A DNA stretch of 63,634 nucleotides, counting the filler, from an uncultured Methanosarcinales archaeon (GTDB lineage Archaea; Nanobdellota; Nanobdellia; Woesearchaeales; JAGLXL01), in the NCBI GenBank assembly GCA_964472345.1. It is 4 parts of 4 records of this genome, joined end to end, with 100 filler letters (N's around TTAATTAATTAA, not from the genome) between each part and the next. Parts side by side here need not be neighbours in the genome. Positions count along the whole stretch, not along the records: positions 1 to 16,431 come from CAYYLB010000023.1; positions 16,532 to 32,645 come from CAYYLB010000024.1; 2 more parts are not named here. One strand, given 5' to 3'. Under the pieces are notes generated by a model. That model was not told the origin of the DNA, did not search any database, and saw nothing but the letters and a program-made list of their open reading frames with translations. Of the stretch, positions 8,442 to 17,785 are shown piece by piece (within the stretch, counting starts at the first letter, position 1; each line of letters begins with the position of its first letter). The position numbers and the translations under genes were made by a program.

Positions 8442-9131
8442 ATGATCCCCCGGCAGCCCCCCATTCCCGAGCGCCCTGCGGTGCTCATCCTCCATGCCGT
8501 AAAAGAGCACGAGCGCCTGATCGGCATCGGCATGCTCGCGCTCCTCCTGAAGGGCTCGCACGACAAGCGCATCTTCAGCCGCCGGCTTCACGAGTCGCGC
8601 TTCTTCGGCGCATTGTTCTACCATCCCGTCGACGTGCTCCAGAATTTCATCAAGGAGCTTCTGGCCATGGGGTTCCTCACCGCGATTGATATCGGCAGCG
8701 CCTATCCCATGCCGGTCCTCCAGCTCACGCCCGCAGGAAGCTATGCGCTGGAAAACAGGACGGAAATTTCCCTTCCCACCGAGCGCACCTACAAGCCGCT
8801 GGTACTGAACGAAACGACAAGAGCGACTATCGAGCTCTTCCGCCAGCTCCGGAACATCCCGGCGGTCGCTCAGCAGCGCACCTTGGCGGAAAGCACGATT
8901 TGGATGCACCTGACAACGGCCGTGAAGCTCGGGCTGCTGACGCCCGAAGAGATTGTTGATGAGAAAGTCATCCGCCTGATCCGCACGGCGAGAGACAAGC
9001 TCAAGCCGAAAGGATTAAAAGAGCTGAAGGCAGCCTTGCCGGAGAGCATCAGCTATGAGGAGATACGGTGTGTTACCGCAGCACAAGAAGGGGCATCAAC
9101 CAGCGAGCCGCGGGACGTGCAGGATATGTGA
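8442..9131 (+). CDS. RQC-like winged helix plus C-terminal HTH protein (RecQ accessory domains, no helicase core)
   Basis: IGMLALLLKGS...FFGAL...LQLTPAG (RQC-like); RTLAESTIWMHL...LKELKAALPESISYEEIRCV. Confidence 0.7.
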   Translation: MIPRQPPIPERPAVLILHAVKEHERLIGIGMLALLLKGSHDKRIFSRRLHESRFFGALFYHPVDVLQNFIKELLAMGFLTAIDIGSAYPMPVLQLTPAGSYALENRTEISLPTERTYKPLVLNETTRATIELFRQLRNIPAVAQQRTLAESTIWMHLTTAVKLGLLTPEEIVDEKVIRLIRTARDKLKPKGLKELKAALPESISYEEIRCVTAAQEGASTSEPRDVQDM

Positions 9132-9150
9132 AGAAAGCCGCGAGGAAGAC

Positions 9151-9540
9151 ATGATGAACGTCCGCCAGGGGCTCCCCCCACGAAAGCTCTACCGCTTTTC
9201 CCACTCGACCGCAGCGGGCGGCTGGCTTTTTGCTTGGAAGACGAAAGAGGGCGCGGAGGTTCAGCACAAAGCCGAGCTGCGCGAGCGCCTCGCCTTCATC
9301 GTCCAGCGTTTCAGCCTGATCGACGCCACCATCAAGGTCTATCCCTCCATCGTTTTCCTGTTCTTCACGGCAAAGCCTTCAATCAACCAGCACGACGTCG
9401 TTGCTGCAGTGCTCGAGAGCCTCGGCAGCCTTGAGCGGTGGAATGCGCAGTACCTGCTCACCGGCGCCTACGACCTTCAGGAGGCGTACATCCGGAGGGA
9501 TCTTGCACAGATGGGGTTTGCGTACGATAAAGGGGAATAA
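9151..9540 (+). CDS. IS200 TnpA-like protein lacking catalytic residues
   Basis: YRFSHS...FAWKTK, LRERL, YPSIVFLFF at the usual MPDHVHLL position, WNAQYLLTG...EAYIRRDL. Confidence 0.5.
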   Translation: MMNVRQGLPPRKLYRFSHSTAAGGWLFAWKTKEGAEVQHKAELRERLAFIVQRFSLIDATIKVYPSIVFLFFTAKPSINQHDVVAAVLESLGSLERWNAQYLLTGAYDLQEAYIRRDLAQMGFAYDKGE

Positions 9541-9619
9541 AGAGGTATGCTCATTTTTGCCTCTTTTTTCATTAGAACCACCCAACACGCTTAAAAACTA
9601 CTGCCACATTTCTCTGCGT

Positions 9620-10975
9620 ATGTCCCTCTCCCCGTTCTTCAGCGCCAAATCCATCGCCGTCATCGGCGCCTCCCGCACCCCGGGCCACGTCGGCCATGTT
9701 ATCCTGCAGAATTTCCTCAGGAGCGGCTACAAAGGCAGGCTCTTCCCCATTAACCCGAATGCCGATACCATACTCGGCCTTGCCTGCTTCCCTTCCGTCA
9801 ACGCAGTCAAAGAGCGTATTGAGCAGGCCATCATCGCCGTTCCGGCAGAAGCGGTCCTGCAGGTCATCAGGGACTGCGCGAGGAAGCGCATCCGCAGCGT
9901 GGTCATCATCACCGCCGGCTTCAGCGAAGTGGGCAACCGCCAGCTCCAGGAAAAGCTCGCCGCGTTGCTCAGCAAGCACGGCATCCGCGCCATAGGCCCC
10001 AACTGCCTCGGTGTCTACGACGCGCAAACCGGGATCGACAGCGTCTTCATCCCCTGGGAGCGGATCCGCAGGCCGCCTGCCGGCTCACTTACGATTCTTT
10101 CCCAGTCAGGCGCATTGGGCAGCACGCTTCTCGATCTTGCATCACTGGAAAACATCGGCATCAACAAGTTCGTCAGCTATGGCAATGCGGTTGACATCGA
10201 TATCACGGACCTGCTCATCTACCTCAGGGATGACCGCTCAACCGGGGCAATCTGCGCCTACATCGAAGGCCTCAGGGACGGCCGTGCCTTCCTCAGGGCA
10301 GCAAAGGCCGTCACGGCAAAAAAGCCGCTCATCGTCCTCAAGGGCGGCACAACAAAAGCAGGAAGCAGGGCTGCCCTCTCGCATACGGCGAGCCTGGCCG
10401 GCAGCGCGGAGGTCTACCGCGGCGCTTTCCAGCAGGCAGGCTGCATCATCGCCAAGAGCTTTGAGGAATTTGTCGACCTTGCGGAGATTTTCGCGAAAGC
10501 CCCTCCGTCGGGCGGCAGCAGCATCGCGATCATCACGAATTCCGGCGGCCATGCGATTCTCGCAAGCGATGCCATGGATCGCCACGGGCTGCCCTTTGCC
10601 CCCTTCACCACGCAGACAAGGAAGGCGCTGGGCAGGACGCTCGCTCCGGTTCCCGTGAAGAACCCGCTCGACCTCCTCGGCGACGCGACCGCAGGGCGCT
10701 ACCGCATCGCGCTGGACGCGTGCATCCACGACAAGACCGTCGATATCATCCTGCTGATGTGCATGCCTCAGACGCCCCTCATTGAAGTCCCCGATCTGCT
10801 CACCGCCATCAGGGAGGCGACAGCAGGAACGAAGAAGCCAGTCATCTGCGTCACCTCCGGCAGCACGTTCGCCGAGCAGTTAAAGGGAGAGCTTGAGAAG
10901 ATCGGCCTTCCCTGCTACCATTTCCCCGAGGAAGCGGTGAGGAGCATAGCGAAGTTCGTGGCATATCATAATTAA
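9620..10975 (+). CDS. acdA: acetate-CoA ligase (ADP-forming) alpha subunit
   Basis: SIAVIGAS, IGPNCLG, SQSGALG, ALSHTASLAG, NPLDLLGDA. Confidence 0.92.
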   Translation: MSLSPFFSAKSIAVIGASRTPGHVGHVILQNFLRSGYKGRLFPINPNADTILGLACFPSVNAVKERIEQAIIAVPAEAVLQVIRDCARKRIRSVVIITAGFSEVGNRQLQEKLAALLSKHGIRAIGPNCLGVYDAQTGIDSVFIPWERIRRPPAGSLTILSQSGALGSTLLDLASLENIGINKFVSYGNAVDIDITDLLIYLRDDRSTGAICAYIEGLRDGRAFLRAAKAVTAKKPLIVLKGGTTKAGSRAALSHTASLAGSAEVYRGAFQQAGCIIAKSFEEFVDLAEIFAKAPPSGGSSIAIITNSGGHAILASDAMDRHGLPFAPFTTQTRKALGRTLAPVPVKNPLDLLGDATAGRYRIALDACIHDKTVDIILLMCMPQTPLIEVPDLLTAIREATAGTKKPVICVTSGSTFAEQLKGELEKIGLPCYHFPEEAVRSIAKFVAYHN

Positions 10976-11055
10976 GGGGTGATCGTGGCATCCCCTTACT
11001 CTTCTCATCCAACCATTAATAAAAAAAGAGAAAAATGAAGAAAAAAAAGAGATGG

Positions 11056-11898
11056 TTACGCTGTCTCTACACAGCTGCAGAGCACAGATCCTTGCTCACT
11101 AATCTTGACTTCGTTGCCGTCAAGCAGCGTAAAAGTCTTCTCTGCAACACGTGCACATGCCTCAGCATCGCCCTCTAAGCAAGGCCCACATTCTGCAGGA
11201 TTAGGTCGCTGGAGGCAGAGCGCTTGTCCACGCTCAACGAGGTGCCGCTTGATCATCGCTGGCATCGGGTTGTCCCCCTTGAACTCATAACAAGCGCGTT
11301 CAACGGTTGAGGCAGCAATCGTCGCCTGCTTCAGCGTGCAGGACTCCCCCTGCGCTTCGCAAAATGCAGTGCACTCATCAGCTGCAAGCTCTCTTCCTGC
11401 ATCATCCATCTTGCCTGCAGTCATTTGCTCTTCTGCTTCCTTGCAGGTGTGGACCGTGACGCCATGCCTCATCTCACCATCATAGGTGATAAGCCGGCTC
11501 GTGCATCCATCAGTGAAACCTATCGGCGAATACGGGAAGCCGAAATCCTCTGCTGCCTGGCGCCCGAGCGCATTCACGCGGAACAAGTGCGCGACTGCCG
11601 GAAAAGGGTTCATGCCATCCTGGGCAGCGAAAAGGCCGTCTCGTGTCTCGCTCGAATAAAGCGCCCCAAAAAGAGAAGAAAGTTTCTCAGGCGACTGGCG
11701 TGAAACCAGCGAACATGCCTCAACTGCAGCCTGCTTGTATGCCGCAGCTTCTGCTGCCTCTTTCGTAACAGCATCTCCTTGCGGAGTATCCTCCTTCGAA
11801 CGCAAAGATTCGGCTACCGTCAGCGACATGACAAGCAATGCGCTGACAACAGCAATAAGCGCAAGCGCTCCAAAACGACGAACTTGGTTCATAGACAT
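11056..11898 (-). CDS. hypothetical membrane-anchored cysteine-rich protein
   Basis: N-terminal hydrophobic segment, many Cys residues; TTTATAAA upstream. Confidence 0.65.
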   Translation of the reverse strand: MSMNQVRRFGALALIAVVSALLVMSLTVAESLRSKEDTPQGDAVTKEAAEAAAYKQAAVEACSLVSRQSPEKLSSLFGALYSSETRDGLFAAQDGMNPFPAVAHLFRVNALGRQAAEDFGFPYSPIGFTDGCTSRLITYDGEMRHGVTVHTCKEAEEQMTAGKMDDAGRELAADECTAFCEAQGESCTLKQATIAASTVERACYEFKGDNPMPAMIKRHLVERGQALCLQRPNPAECGPCLEGDAEACARVAEKTFTLLDGNEVKISEQGSVLCSCVETA

Positions 11899-12016
11899 CC
11901 CTCCAAAGCCACCCATTAGAGCACTCTATAGTAGTACTTGTTTATAAACCTTCCTATAGAACCTCTACAGCTCTGCGAGCGCTACAGCTGTTTTCGATGG
12001 TTGCGGACGATGCCAT

Positions 12017-13150
12017 CTACCTTCGCTCCATCGGCACAAACGTCCGTCTCTCCACTCCTGTATACACCGCAAGAGGCCGTATCAGCCGGTTATCCGCGTA
12101 CTGCTCGATCAGGTGCCCCATCCAGCCTGCGATGCGGCTGCACGCGAACACCGCCGGAAACAGCCGCTCGTGCAGCCCAAGGTAATGATAGACGCCGGCA
12201 GCATAAAAATCAACGTTGGCAAACAGCTTCTTCGCTGCAAGCTCCCGCTCAACGATGCGCTCAACCTCCTCCAGGATCAGATGGGCTGTGGGAGCGCCCC
12301 TCTCCTGCGCAAGGCTTCGTGAAAGCTTCTGCAGTACATGCGCCCGGGGATCCTTAACCTTGTACACCCTGTGGCCAAAGCCCATGATGCGCTCCTTCCG
12401 CTTCAGCTTGGCGAGGATGTACTGCTCGGCCTTGTCCGGCTTCTCGATCTCGCGGATCATGCGCAGCACATGCTCGTTCGCCCCCCCGTGCAGAGGACCT
12501 TGCAGCGTTGCAAGCGCAGCGGTAACTGCCGCATACGGATCAGCGAGCGTCGAGGCAGCGACGCGCGCGGCAAATGAGGACGCGTTCAGCTCATGCTCCG
12601 CATGCAGCACAAGGCAGGCATCCATGACTCTCTCCTCAAATGGCGTCGCCCGCTCTCCGCGAAGCAGGTACAGGAAGTTCGCCGCATGGCTCAGTTTGGG
12701 ATCAGGCTCAAGCGGATGCTTCCCCTGCCGCAGCCGCTCGCATGCCGCGACGATGGCCGGAAAAAGCGCAGTCAGCCTGATGGCCTTGGTGATGACGCTC
12801 TCGCGCGAAACGTCCGCCGCAGCCGGATCAAGCAGGCCGAGCGCGCTCACTACAGTGCGCAGCACGTCGAGCGGTGCGGCGTTCCGCGGCAATGATACGA
12901 TGAGCCTCGTGAGAGAAGCGGGCATTGTGCGTTGCTGCCGGAGCTGCGCGTCGAATGCGGAAAGCTGCTCCTTTGCCGGAAGCTCGCCGAACCACAGCAG
13001 GTACGCTGCTTCCTCGAACGTCGCGTGCTCCGCAAGCTCGCCTATAGCATAGCCGCAATAGCGCAGGATGCCGTTCACGCCGTCCACAAAAGCGAGTCGT
13101 GATGCTGCTGCGGGGACGCTCTCAAGCCCTTTGCCGATGTTCTCAGCCAT
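12017..13150 (-). CDS. gltA: citrate synthase (or 2-methylcitrate synthase)
   Basis: HAEHELNAS, GPLHGGANE, IMGFGHRVYKVKDPR, NVDFY, RLIRP. Confidence 0.95.
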   Translation of the reverse strand: MAENIGKGLESVPAAASRLAFVDGVNGILRYCGYAIGELAEHATFEEAAYLLWFGELPAKEQLSAFDAQLRQQRTMPASLTRLIVSLPRNAAPLDVLRTVVSALGLLDPAAADVSRESVITKAIRLTALFPAIVAACERLRQGKHPLEPDPKLSHAANFLYLLRGERATPFEERVMDACLVLHAEHELNASSFAARVAASTLADPYAAVTAALATLQGPLHGGANEHVLRMIREIEKPDKAEQYILAKLKRKERIMGFGHRVYKVKDPRAHVLQKLSRSLAQERGAPTAHLILEEVERIVERELAAKKLFANVDFYAAGVYHYLGLHERLFPAVFACSRIAGWMGHLIEQYADNRLIRPLAVYTGVERRTFVPMERR

Positions 13151-14111
13151 GGTGCGCCCCTTGCTGATCACCGCGTCGCGCGAGCAGCTCGCGGCAGCGC
13201 TCAATCATGGCATGGACATGCTCAGCCGCCGTGGCGAACTGCTGTCGCTCCTCATGCTCAAGGGGGATCTCAACGATGCGCTCAGCGCCTGCTCTCCCCA
13301 CAACCACCGGCACGCCTGCGAAACCATCGGTGACGCCATATTCTCCCATGAGCTGGACAGAGCAGGGGATGGTTTTTTTGGCATCGCGGAGAACGGCCTC
13401 AGCAGCCTCGCCGATGGCAGCCGCCGGCCCGAAGAATGAGCTCCATGCAGTCAATGCAGTGATCTGAGCGCCGCTCTGCTTCACGCGCTCCGCGATTTCA
13501 TGGAGCCGCTGCGCCCCGAGCACGATGCTCGCCGGCCTGCCGTGGATCGTCGCTCTGCCAAGACAGGGCACCATCGTTTTTCCGTGGTTGCCGATCACCA
13601 GCGCATCAGCCTCGGTGACGGGAACTCCAGCCTCCTGCGCGAGCAGCGCGCGGAACCTGGCGCCGTCGAGGCTTGCGCCGATGCCAAGCACACGCTCGCG
13701 CGCGAATCCCGACGCGCGCAGCGCCACCCAACTCATCGCGTCAACAGGATTGGTCACAATAAGCAGGATGCTCTTTGGCGCAACCTGCGCAACACGCCGT
13801 GCAACGTCAGCGACAATGGGGGCATTCACTTCAAGCAGATCCTCCCGCTTCATTTCCCGTGCGGCGCGCGCAATTCCCGCGGTAATAATCACGATGTCTG
13901 CGTTTTTCAGCAGTGAGAAATCGCTGCCTCCCGTGATCGGGACGGCCGCGTTTGCGAATGGCAGCGCGTGCAGGATATCAAGGGCTTTTCCTTTCGCAAG
14001 ACCTCCGTTGATGTCAACGAGTGCGATATCCCCAAGGCCGCGCAGCGCCAGCAGGAACGCCGCCTGGCTGCCGACCATGCCCGCGCCGACAATGCCTATG
14101 AGTGGCTTCAT
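13143..14111 (-). CDS. mdh: malate dehydrogenase (LDH-like)
   Basis: IVGAGMVG, GKALD, ITAGIAR..MKREDL, VTNPVD, LDGARF, GNHG. Confidence 0.9.
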   Translation of the reverse strand: MKPLIGIVGAGMVGSQAAFLLALRGLGDIALVDINGGLAKGKALDILHALPFANAAVPITGGSDFSLLKNADIVIITAGIARAAREMKREDLLEVNAPIVADVARRVAQVAPKSILLIVTNPVDAMSWVALRASGFARERVLGIGASLDGARFRALLAQEAGVPVTEADALVIGNHGKTMVPCLGRATIHGRPASIVLGAQRLHEIAERVKQSGAQITALTAWSSFFGPAAAIGEAAEAVLRDAKKTIPCSVQLMGEYGVTDGFAGVPVVVGRAGAERIVEIPLEHEERQQFATAAEHVHAMIERCRELLARRGDQQGAHHG

Positions 14112-14167
14112 GAAGTAAAGGATGGGCTTCTCCATCTATTTAATGGTTTTTGAGGCAGCAACGTCCA

Positions 14168-15802
14168 TTACTCCACCTTCCCAAGCGGTGCGGGGAAATA
14201 ATCAGGGTACCAGGTTCCATAACCCATGATGCTAAACCCTGAGAACGGACCAACCTTATTGTTTTCGGAATAGTCACTGGGCATGCCCAGGCAATACTGG
14301 CCTTCGCCAAATTTAGGAGATTGCGCGAGGCACGCAGTATTTACTTCGGGGCAGTGAGGTTCTTTCTTCTCAGGGCAACAGCATTGCGGCCAAGGATTTG
14401 GACAGCTAAGCCCCTTCGCTTCATAGGTATCTTGTTGTCCATACCACGCAGTAAATGTATATTCATCGCAGGCAACAGGCTCGCTCGGCCAAACTGCATG
14501 GCCCATCTCATGGGCGAGTGCGAATGGGCGGCTCTTGTAGAGGATGTTACCGCTTTTATCATCGAAAACCGCAACCAAATGCTCGCCAGGAGAATTGACA
14601 ATAATATAAAATTCCCCTGCTAAGGTGTGTCCTCCAATACTCCTGCCAACTTGCCAACGCGCTCGTTCGTCCTCATCGAAGCGCGCTTCAAGCGGCGTTG
14701 CACAGTCCTTTAAATCCAGGATGAGTTCTGGTGATACGGCAATAAGCAAATCATCCCCATCGGGGACCCCTATGGTGTAAGGGGGTGTTTTTTTTGCATT
14801 CAGTAACTCAAGTACCTTCTGGAGATGGTCTGGCTTCAGCACGCACCATGAAGATCCATCCACCTCCCGGCGCTTCTCAAACTGGTCTGGATTCATTACA
14901 ATACCATTATGGAATACCAGCTTCCCCAGTTTTTCTTCACTGGTTAATTCATCGAGCTCTTCTTGGGGTCGAACGTAACTTAACTGAGTAAAAAAATCAT
15001 ACTGCTTCTGAACATTCCCATAAAAATCACTTTCAGCATCAGAGATGGTTGTGATGTGATAGTTTAAGTCTGCCAACACAACCGGCTTTTCCGAAACAGC
15101 GGTTTCTTCTGCGATAATCCTCCCTTCAGCGTCGCGCAGCCTCACGGTCATCTCACAGGAGAAGCGGTTGCCGCGGAGCTGTTCCACCGCGAGCTCGGCA
15201 GGAAGCAGTTGATAATGGCAGGCATACTGGTTCTCCCTGAGGTAGTCCCGCGGCCTGCAGTTTCGCTCGGACGCTTCGTGGGCAATATTCCCTTGCGCAT
15301 CAGTGATCTTGACATCGAACGTCACACGCCCCGTCGCTTTCCGGAGGCGCTCGTCCCCCGCAGCCCCCTCCTTGGAACCATCTTCAACAACCGCATAACA
15401 TAGCAGGGGATCCTTATCAGTCACAAGCCGGTAGTGCACGGTTTTCCCGTCTTTTTGATAAAACCGAGAGTTGGTGTACACCTTGATTCCCCGCTCATTG
15501 TAGTTCGTGTCGGAGCCGAAATAGATATTTCCGATGTCGCTAAAGGGCTCTACCGAGCTTGGATCATACGTGAACAATTCCGACCCGTGGGCAAACTGTA
15601 TGGTGTAGTCATACGGAACATTGATCGGCGTGACGAAACGCAGTTGCCCGGCGGCGGTCGCAAGGCCGGCACGGTTTCCGGCAGATGGCGCAAGCGAGAG
15701 GAACAACAACACGAAACCGGAAACTGCAACAAGCGCGACAACGAGCACGATGGCGGCCGAAGGAGGCAGTACTTTCTTATAGTCATCGCTCTTCTTTCTC
15801 AT
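14168..15802 (-). CDS. secreted/membrane-anchored zinc metallopeptidase-like protein
   Basis: Basic N-terminus plus TM segment; ALAHEMGHA (HExxH); Cys-rich tail; SIMGY Met-turn-like motif. Confidence 0.65.
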   Translation of the reverse strand: MRKKSDDYKKVLPPSAAIVLVVALVAVSGFVLLFLSLAPSAGNRAGLATAAGQLRFVTPINVPYDYTIQFAHGSELFTYDPSSVEPFSDIGNIYFGSDTNYNERGIKVYTNSRFYQKDGKTVHYRLVTDKDPLLCYAVVEDGSKEGAAGDERLRKATGRVTFDVKITDAQGNIAHEASERNCRPRDYLRENQYACHYQLLPAELAVEQLRGNRFSCEMTVRLRDAEGRIIAEETAVSEKPVVLADLNYHITTISDAESDFYGNVQKQYDFFTQLSYVRPQEELDELTSEEKLGKLVFHNGIVMNPDQFEKRREVDGSSWCVLKPDHLQKVLELLNAKKTPPYTIGVPDGDDLLIAVSPELILDLKDCATPLEARFDEDERARWQVGRSIGGHTLAGEFYIIVNSPGEHLVAVFDDKSGNILYKSRPFALAHEMGHAVWPSEPVACDEYTFTAWYGQQDTYEAKGLSCPNPWPQCCCPEKKEPHCPEVNTACLAQSPKFGEGQYCLGMPSDYSENNKVGPFSGFSIMGYGTWYPDYFPAPLGKVE

Positions 15803-16013
15803 AAGCCCTCTTTTTTCTCTTCCATGGCGGGGGAGGGCACTCCTGCTTAAATAGCTTATGCAGTGGAAAGCGAGGACGGCAGCAATCGCAAGAATGACCA
15901 TAGCGACGGCAGGCTCAACCACATCAGCATAAATCATATATCTTAATCCAGACATAGGAACCGTTCTCCCTCAATCACCCCCACCACATCTCTCCCGTCG
16001 TGCTTTAGCAGAG

Positions 16014-16430
16014 CTACCCCTTCCGGTATCTCATGGTCTTGATGGCATTGTCCTCGGGGACGTACTCGTTGAATATCAGCTCGTCTGTTCCGTCGCCGTC
16101 AAGGTCAGTAACTCCCGGCTCGTAATTGCCGGTGCGGAGATGGTAATCAAACGAACTAAACGGCGGAATCGGCTCGAGGTGATACCAGAGCGGCTGATAC
16201 TGCTGCGGATACGCCGGCTGATCAGGGCTTTCAAGGATGTAGGTCGTTGGCCCGAGCTTGAAGAGGATATCCTTCTTCCCGTCGTTGTCGAGATTCCCGT
16301 AGCTGAAGCCGCGGAAGCCGTATGTGTCCCATGGGTCGTCGTGGGCCTTGAGAAACTTCAGGGCCCCCGTGGTTTCCAGCTGCGTCCCTCCGTTCTCGAT
16401 GATGTAAAAGAAGAAATCCCCGGCGAGGCT
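16014..16430 (-). CDS. FG-GAP/VCBS-repeat protein, C-terminal fragment
   Basis: Manual translation contains GNLDNDGKKDILF and TDLDGDGTDELIF; 5' end is lost at the gap. Confidence 0.75.
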   Translation of the reverse strand, partial: SLAGDFFFYIIENGGTQLETTGALKFLKAHDDPWDTYGFRGFSYGNLDNDGKKDILFKLGPTTYILESPDQPAYPQQYQPLWYHLEPIPPFSSFDYHLRTGNYEPGVTDLDGDGTDELIFNEYVPEDNAIKTMRYRKG

Positions 16431-16431
16431 C

Positions 16432-16531
16432 NNNNNNNNNNNNNNNNNNNNNNNNNNNNNNNNNNNNNNNNNNNNTTAATTAATTAANNNNNNNNNNNNN
16501 NNNNNNNNNNNNNNNNNNNNNNNNNNNNNNN
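16432..16531. other. assembly linker (contig join)
   Basis: N-run, TTAATTAATTAA, N-run. Confidence 0.97.
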
Positions 16532-16594
16532 CCCAGTATACAAATTAGTAACATTTATATACTAAAGCTGCTTTCTCCAAAAAAGAAAAATGAG

Positions 16595-17350
16595 GTGAAC
16601 CCCATGGATGAACGGACGTCTTTTGCCCACCAGGTTGTTGCCAAGCTCGCGGAGGAGAGCGCCCCATTGCTGCAAGTCGTGGATACGACGGGATTCCGCA
16701 AGCTGGTTCCCGCACTCGTGCAGAAAGGGCTTGATCACCTCAATCTTTCGATGTTCAGCGCTGAGATGCGCACCACGATCCTGAACGCGGTCGCTGATGA
16801 GTACCTGCGCCGCGGCAACCTGCATGATGCGACGAAGGCCTTCCTCCTTGCCGGCAACAAGGTGAAGCTGACGGCGGTCGGGCAGGACTTTGAGCGCATC
16901 GGGCTCGTTGACTATGCGATTGAGACCTACAAGCTCGCGGGCGACAACAGCCGCCTCCTCACCGTGGGCACGAAATGCATGGAAGACGGAAGATTTTCGA
17001 GCGCCATCCGCGCGTTCACGGCAATCAACTCTGCGGAGATGCTTGGCAAGCTCGGCAAGGAATGCTTCGACAAGGGCAAGTTCGACTATGCGTTCGAGAT
17101 TTTCAGCACCCTGAATGACGACGCGAAGCTGAGCGAGGTCGGTGAGCGCTGCCTTGCAGAAGGGCAGTACAGCTACGCGATTAAGGCGTTCGCCACCGTG
17201 CGCGACGCAGAGAAGCTGAACCATGCGGGCGACCGATGCCTGCGCGAGGGACTGCTGCGCTCTGCGCTCGAGGCGTACACGCTCGCGAAGAATGACATGA
17301 TGATCCAGTTCATCCATGAGAACTTCGCGGGTCAGACAACGGTGATCTGA
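16595..17350 (+). CDS. alpha-solenoid (TPR/coatomer-like) repeat protein
   Basis: About 29-aa repeats of the form L..VG..C...G....AI.AF. Confidence 0.7.
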   Translation: MNPMDERTSFAHQVVAKLAEESAPLLQVVDTTGFRKLVPALVQKGLDHLNLSMFSAEMRTTILNAVADEYLRRGNLHDATKAFLLAGNKVKLTAVGQDFERIGLVDYAIETYKLAGDNSRLLTVGTKCMEDGRFSSAIRAFTAINSAEMLGKLGKECFDKGKFDYAFEIFSTLNDDAKLSEVGERCLAEGQYSYAIKAFATVRDAEKLNHAGDRCLREGLLRSALEAYTLAKNDMMIQFIHENFAGQTTVI

Positions 17351-17737
17351 ATGGAAGCGATGGCGATGAGCATCAGTGCAGCGAACGGACAGGCGCAGAA
17401 TGGCGCGGGAAGCCTTTTCGAGCAGAGGCGAATGGAGGTCATGCTTGACATGGCGACAAAGCGCGTGCTCGCAGAGGTGCAGAAGCTTGCGCAGGACGTG
17501 CATGACGTGAAGCAGCTTGTGCAGGCCATCCAGAAGCAGGCTGCGGCAGCGCCGTCACCTGCAGTGGCGTATCACGCACCGGTGCAGGCAGCTCTCCAGG
17601 GAATGCAGCAGCCCGTGCAGCAAAGCCAGCCGCGGGCGCCGCAGCAGCAGCCCGCAGGGAGCATGCGCTACGGCAACTACACGTCGCAGGATGTTTCCAT
17701 CGAGAAGTTCTTCAGCTTCAGCGGAGGGAAGCGGTGA
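17351..17737 (+). CDS. hypothetical protein (coiled coil, Q/P-rich linker, YGNYTSQDVSIEKFF tail)
   Basis: Abuts the upstream gene; genome-typical codon usage; T-rich tract follows. Confidence 0.7.
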   Translation: MEAMAMSISAANGQAQNGAGSLFEQRRMEVMLDMATKRVLAEVQKLAQDVHDVKQLVQAIQKQAAAAPSPAVAYHAPVQAALQGMQQPVQQSQPRAPQQQPAGSMRYGNYTSQDVSIEKFFSFSGGKR

Positions 17738-17785
17738 GCTCTTTTTTCCTTTCATTTCTTCCTGCAGGAAAGAGGCATCGGTAGG

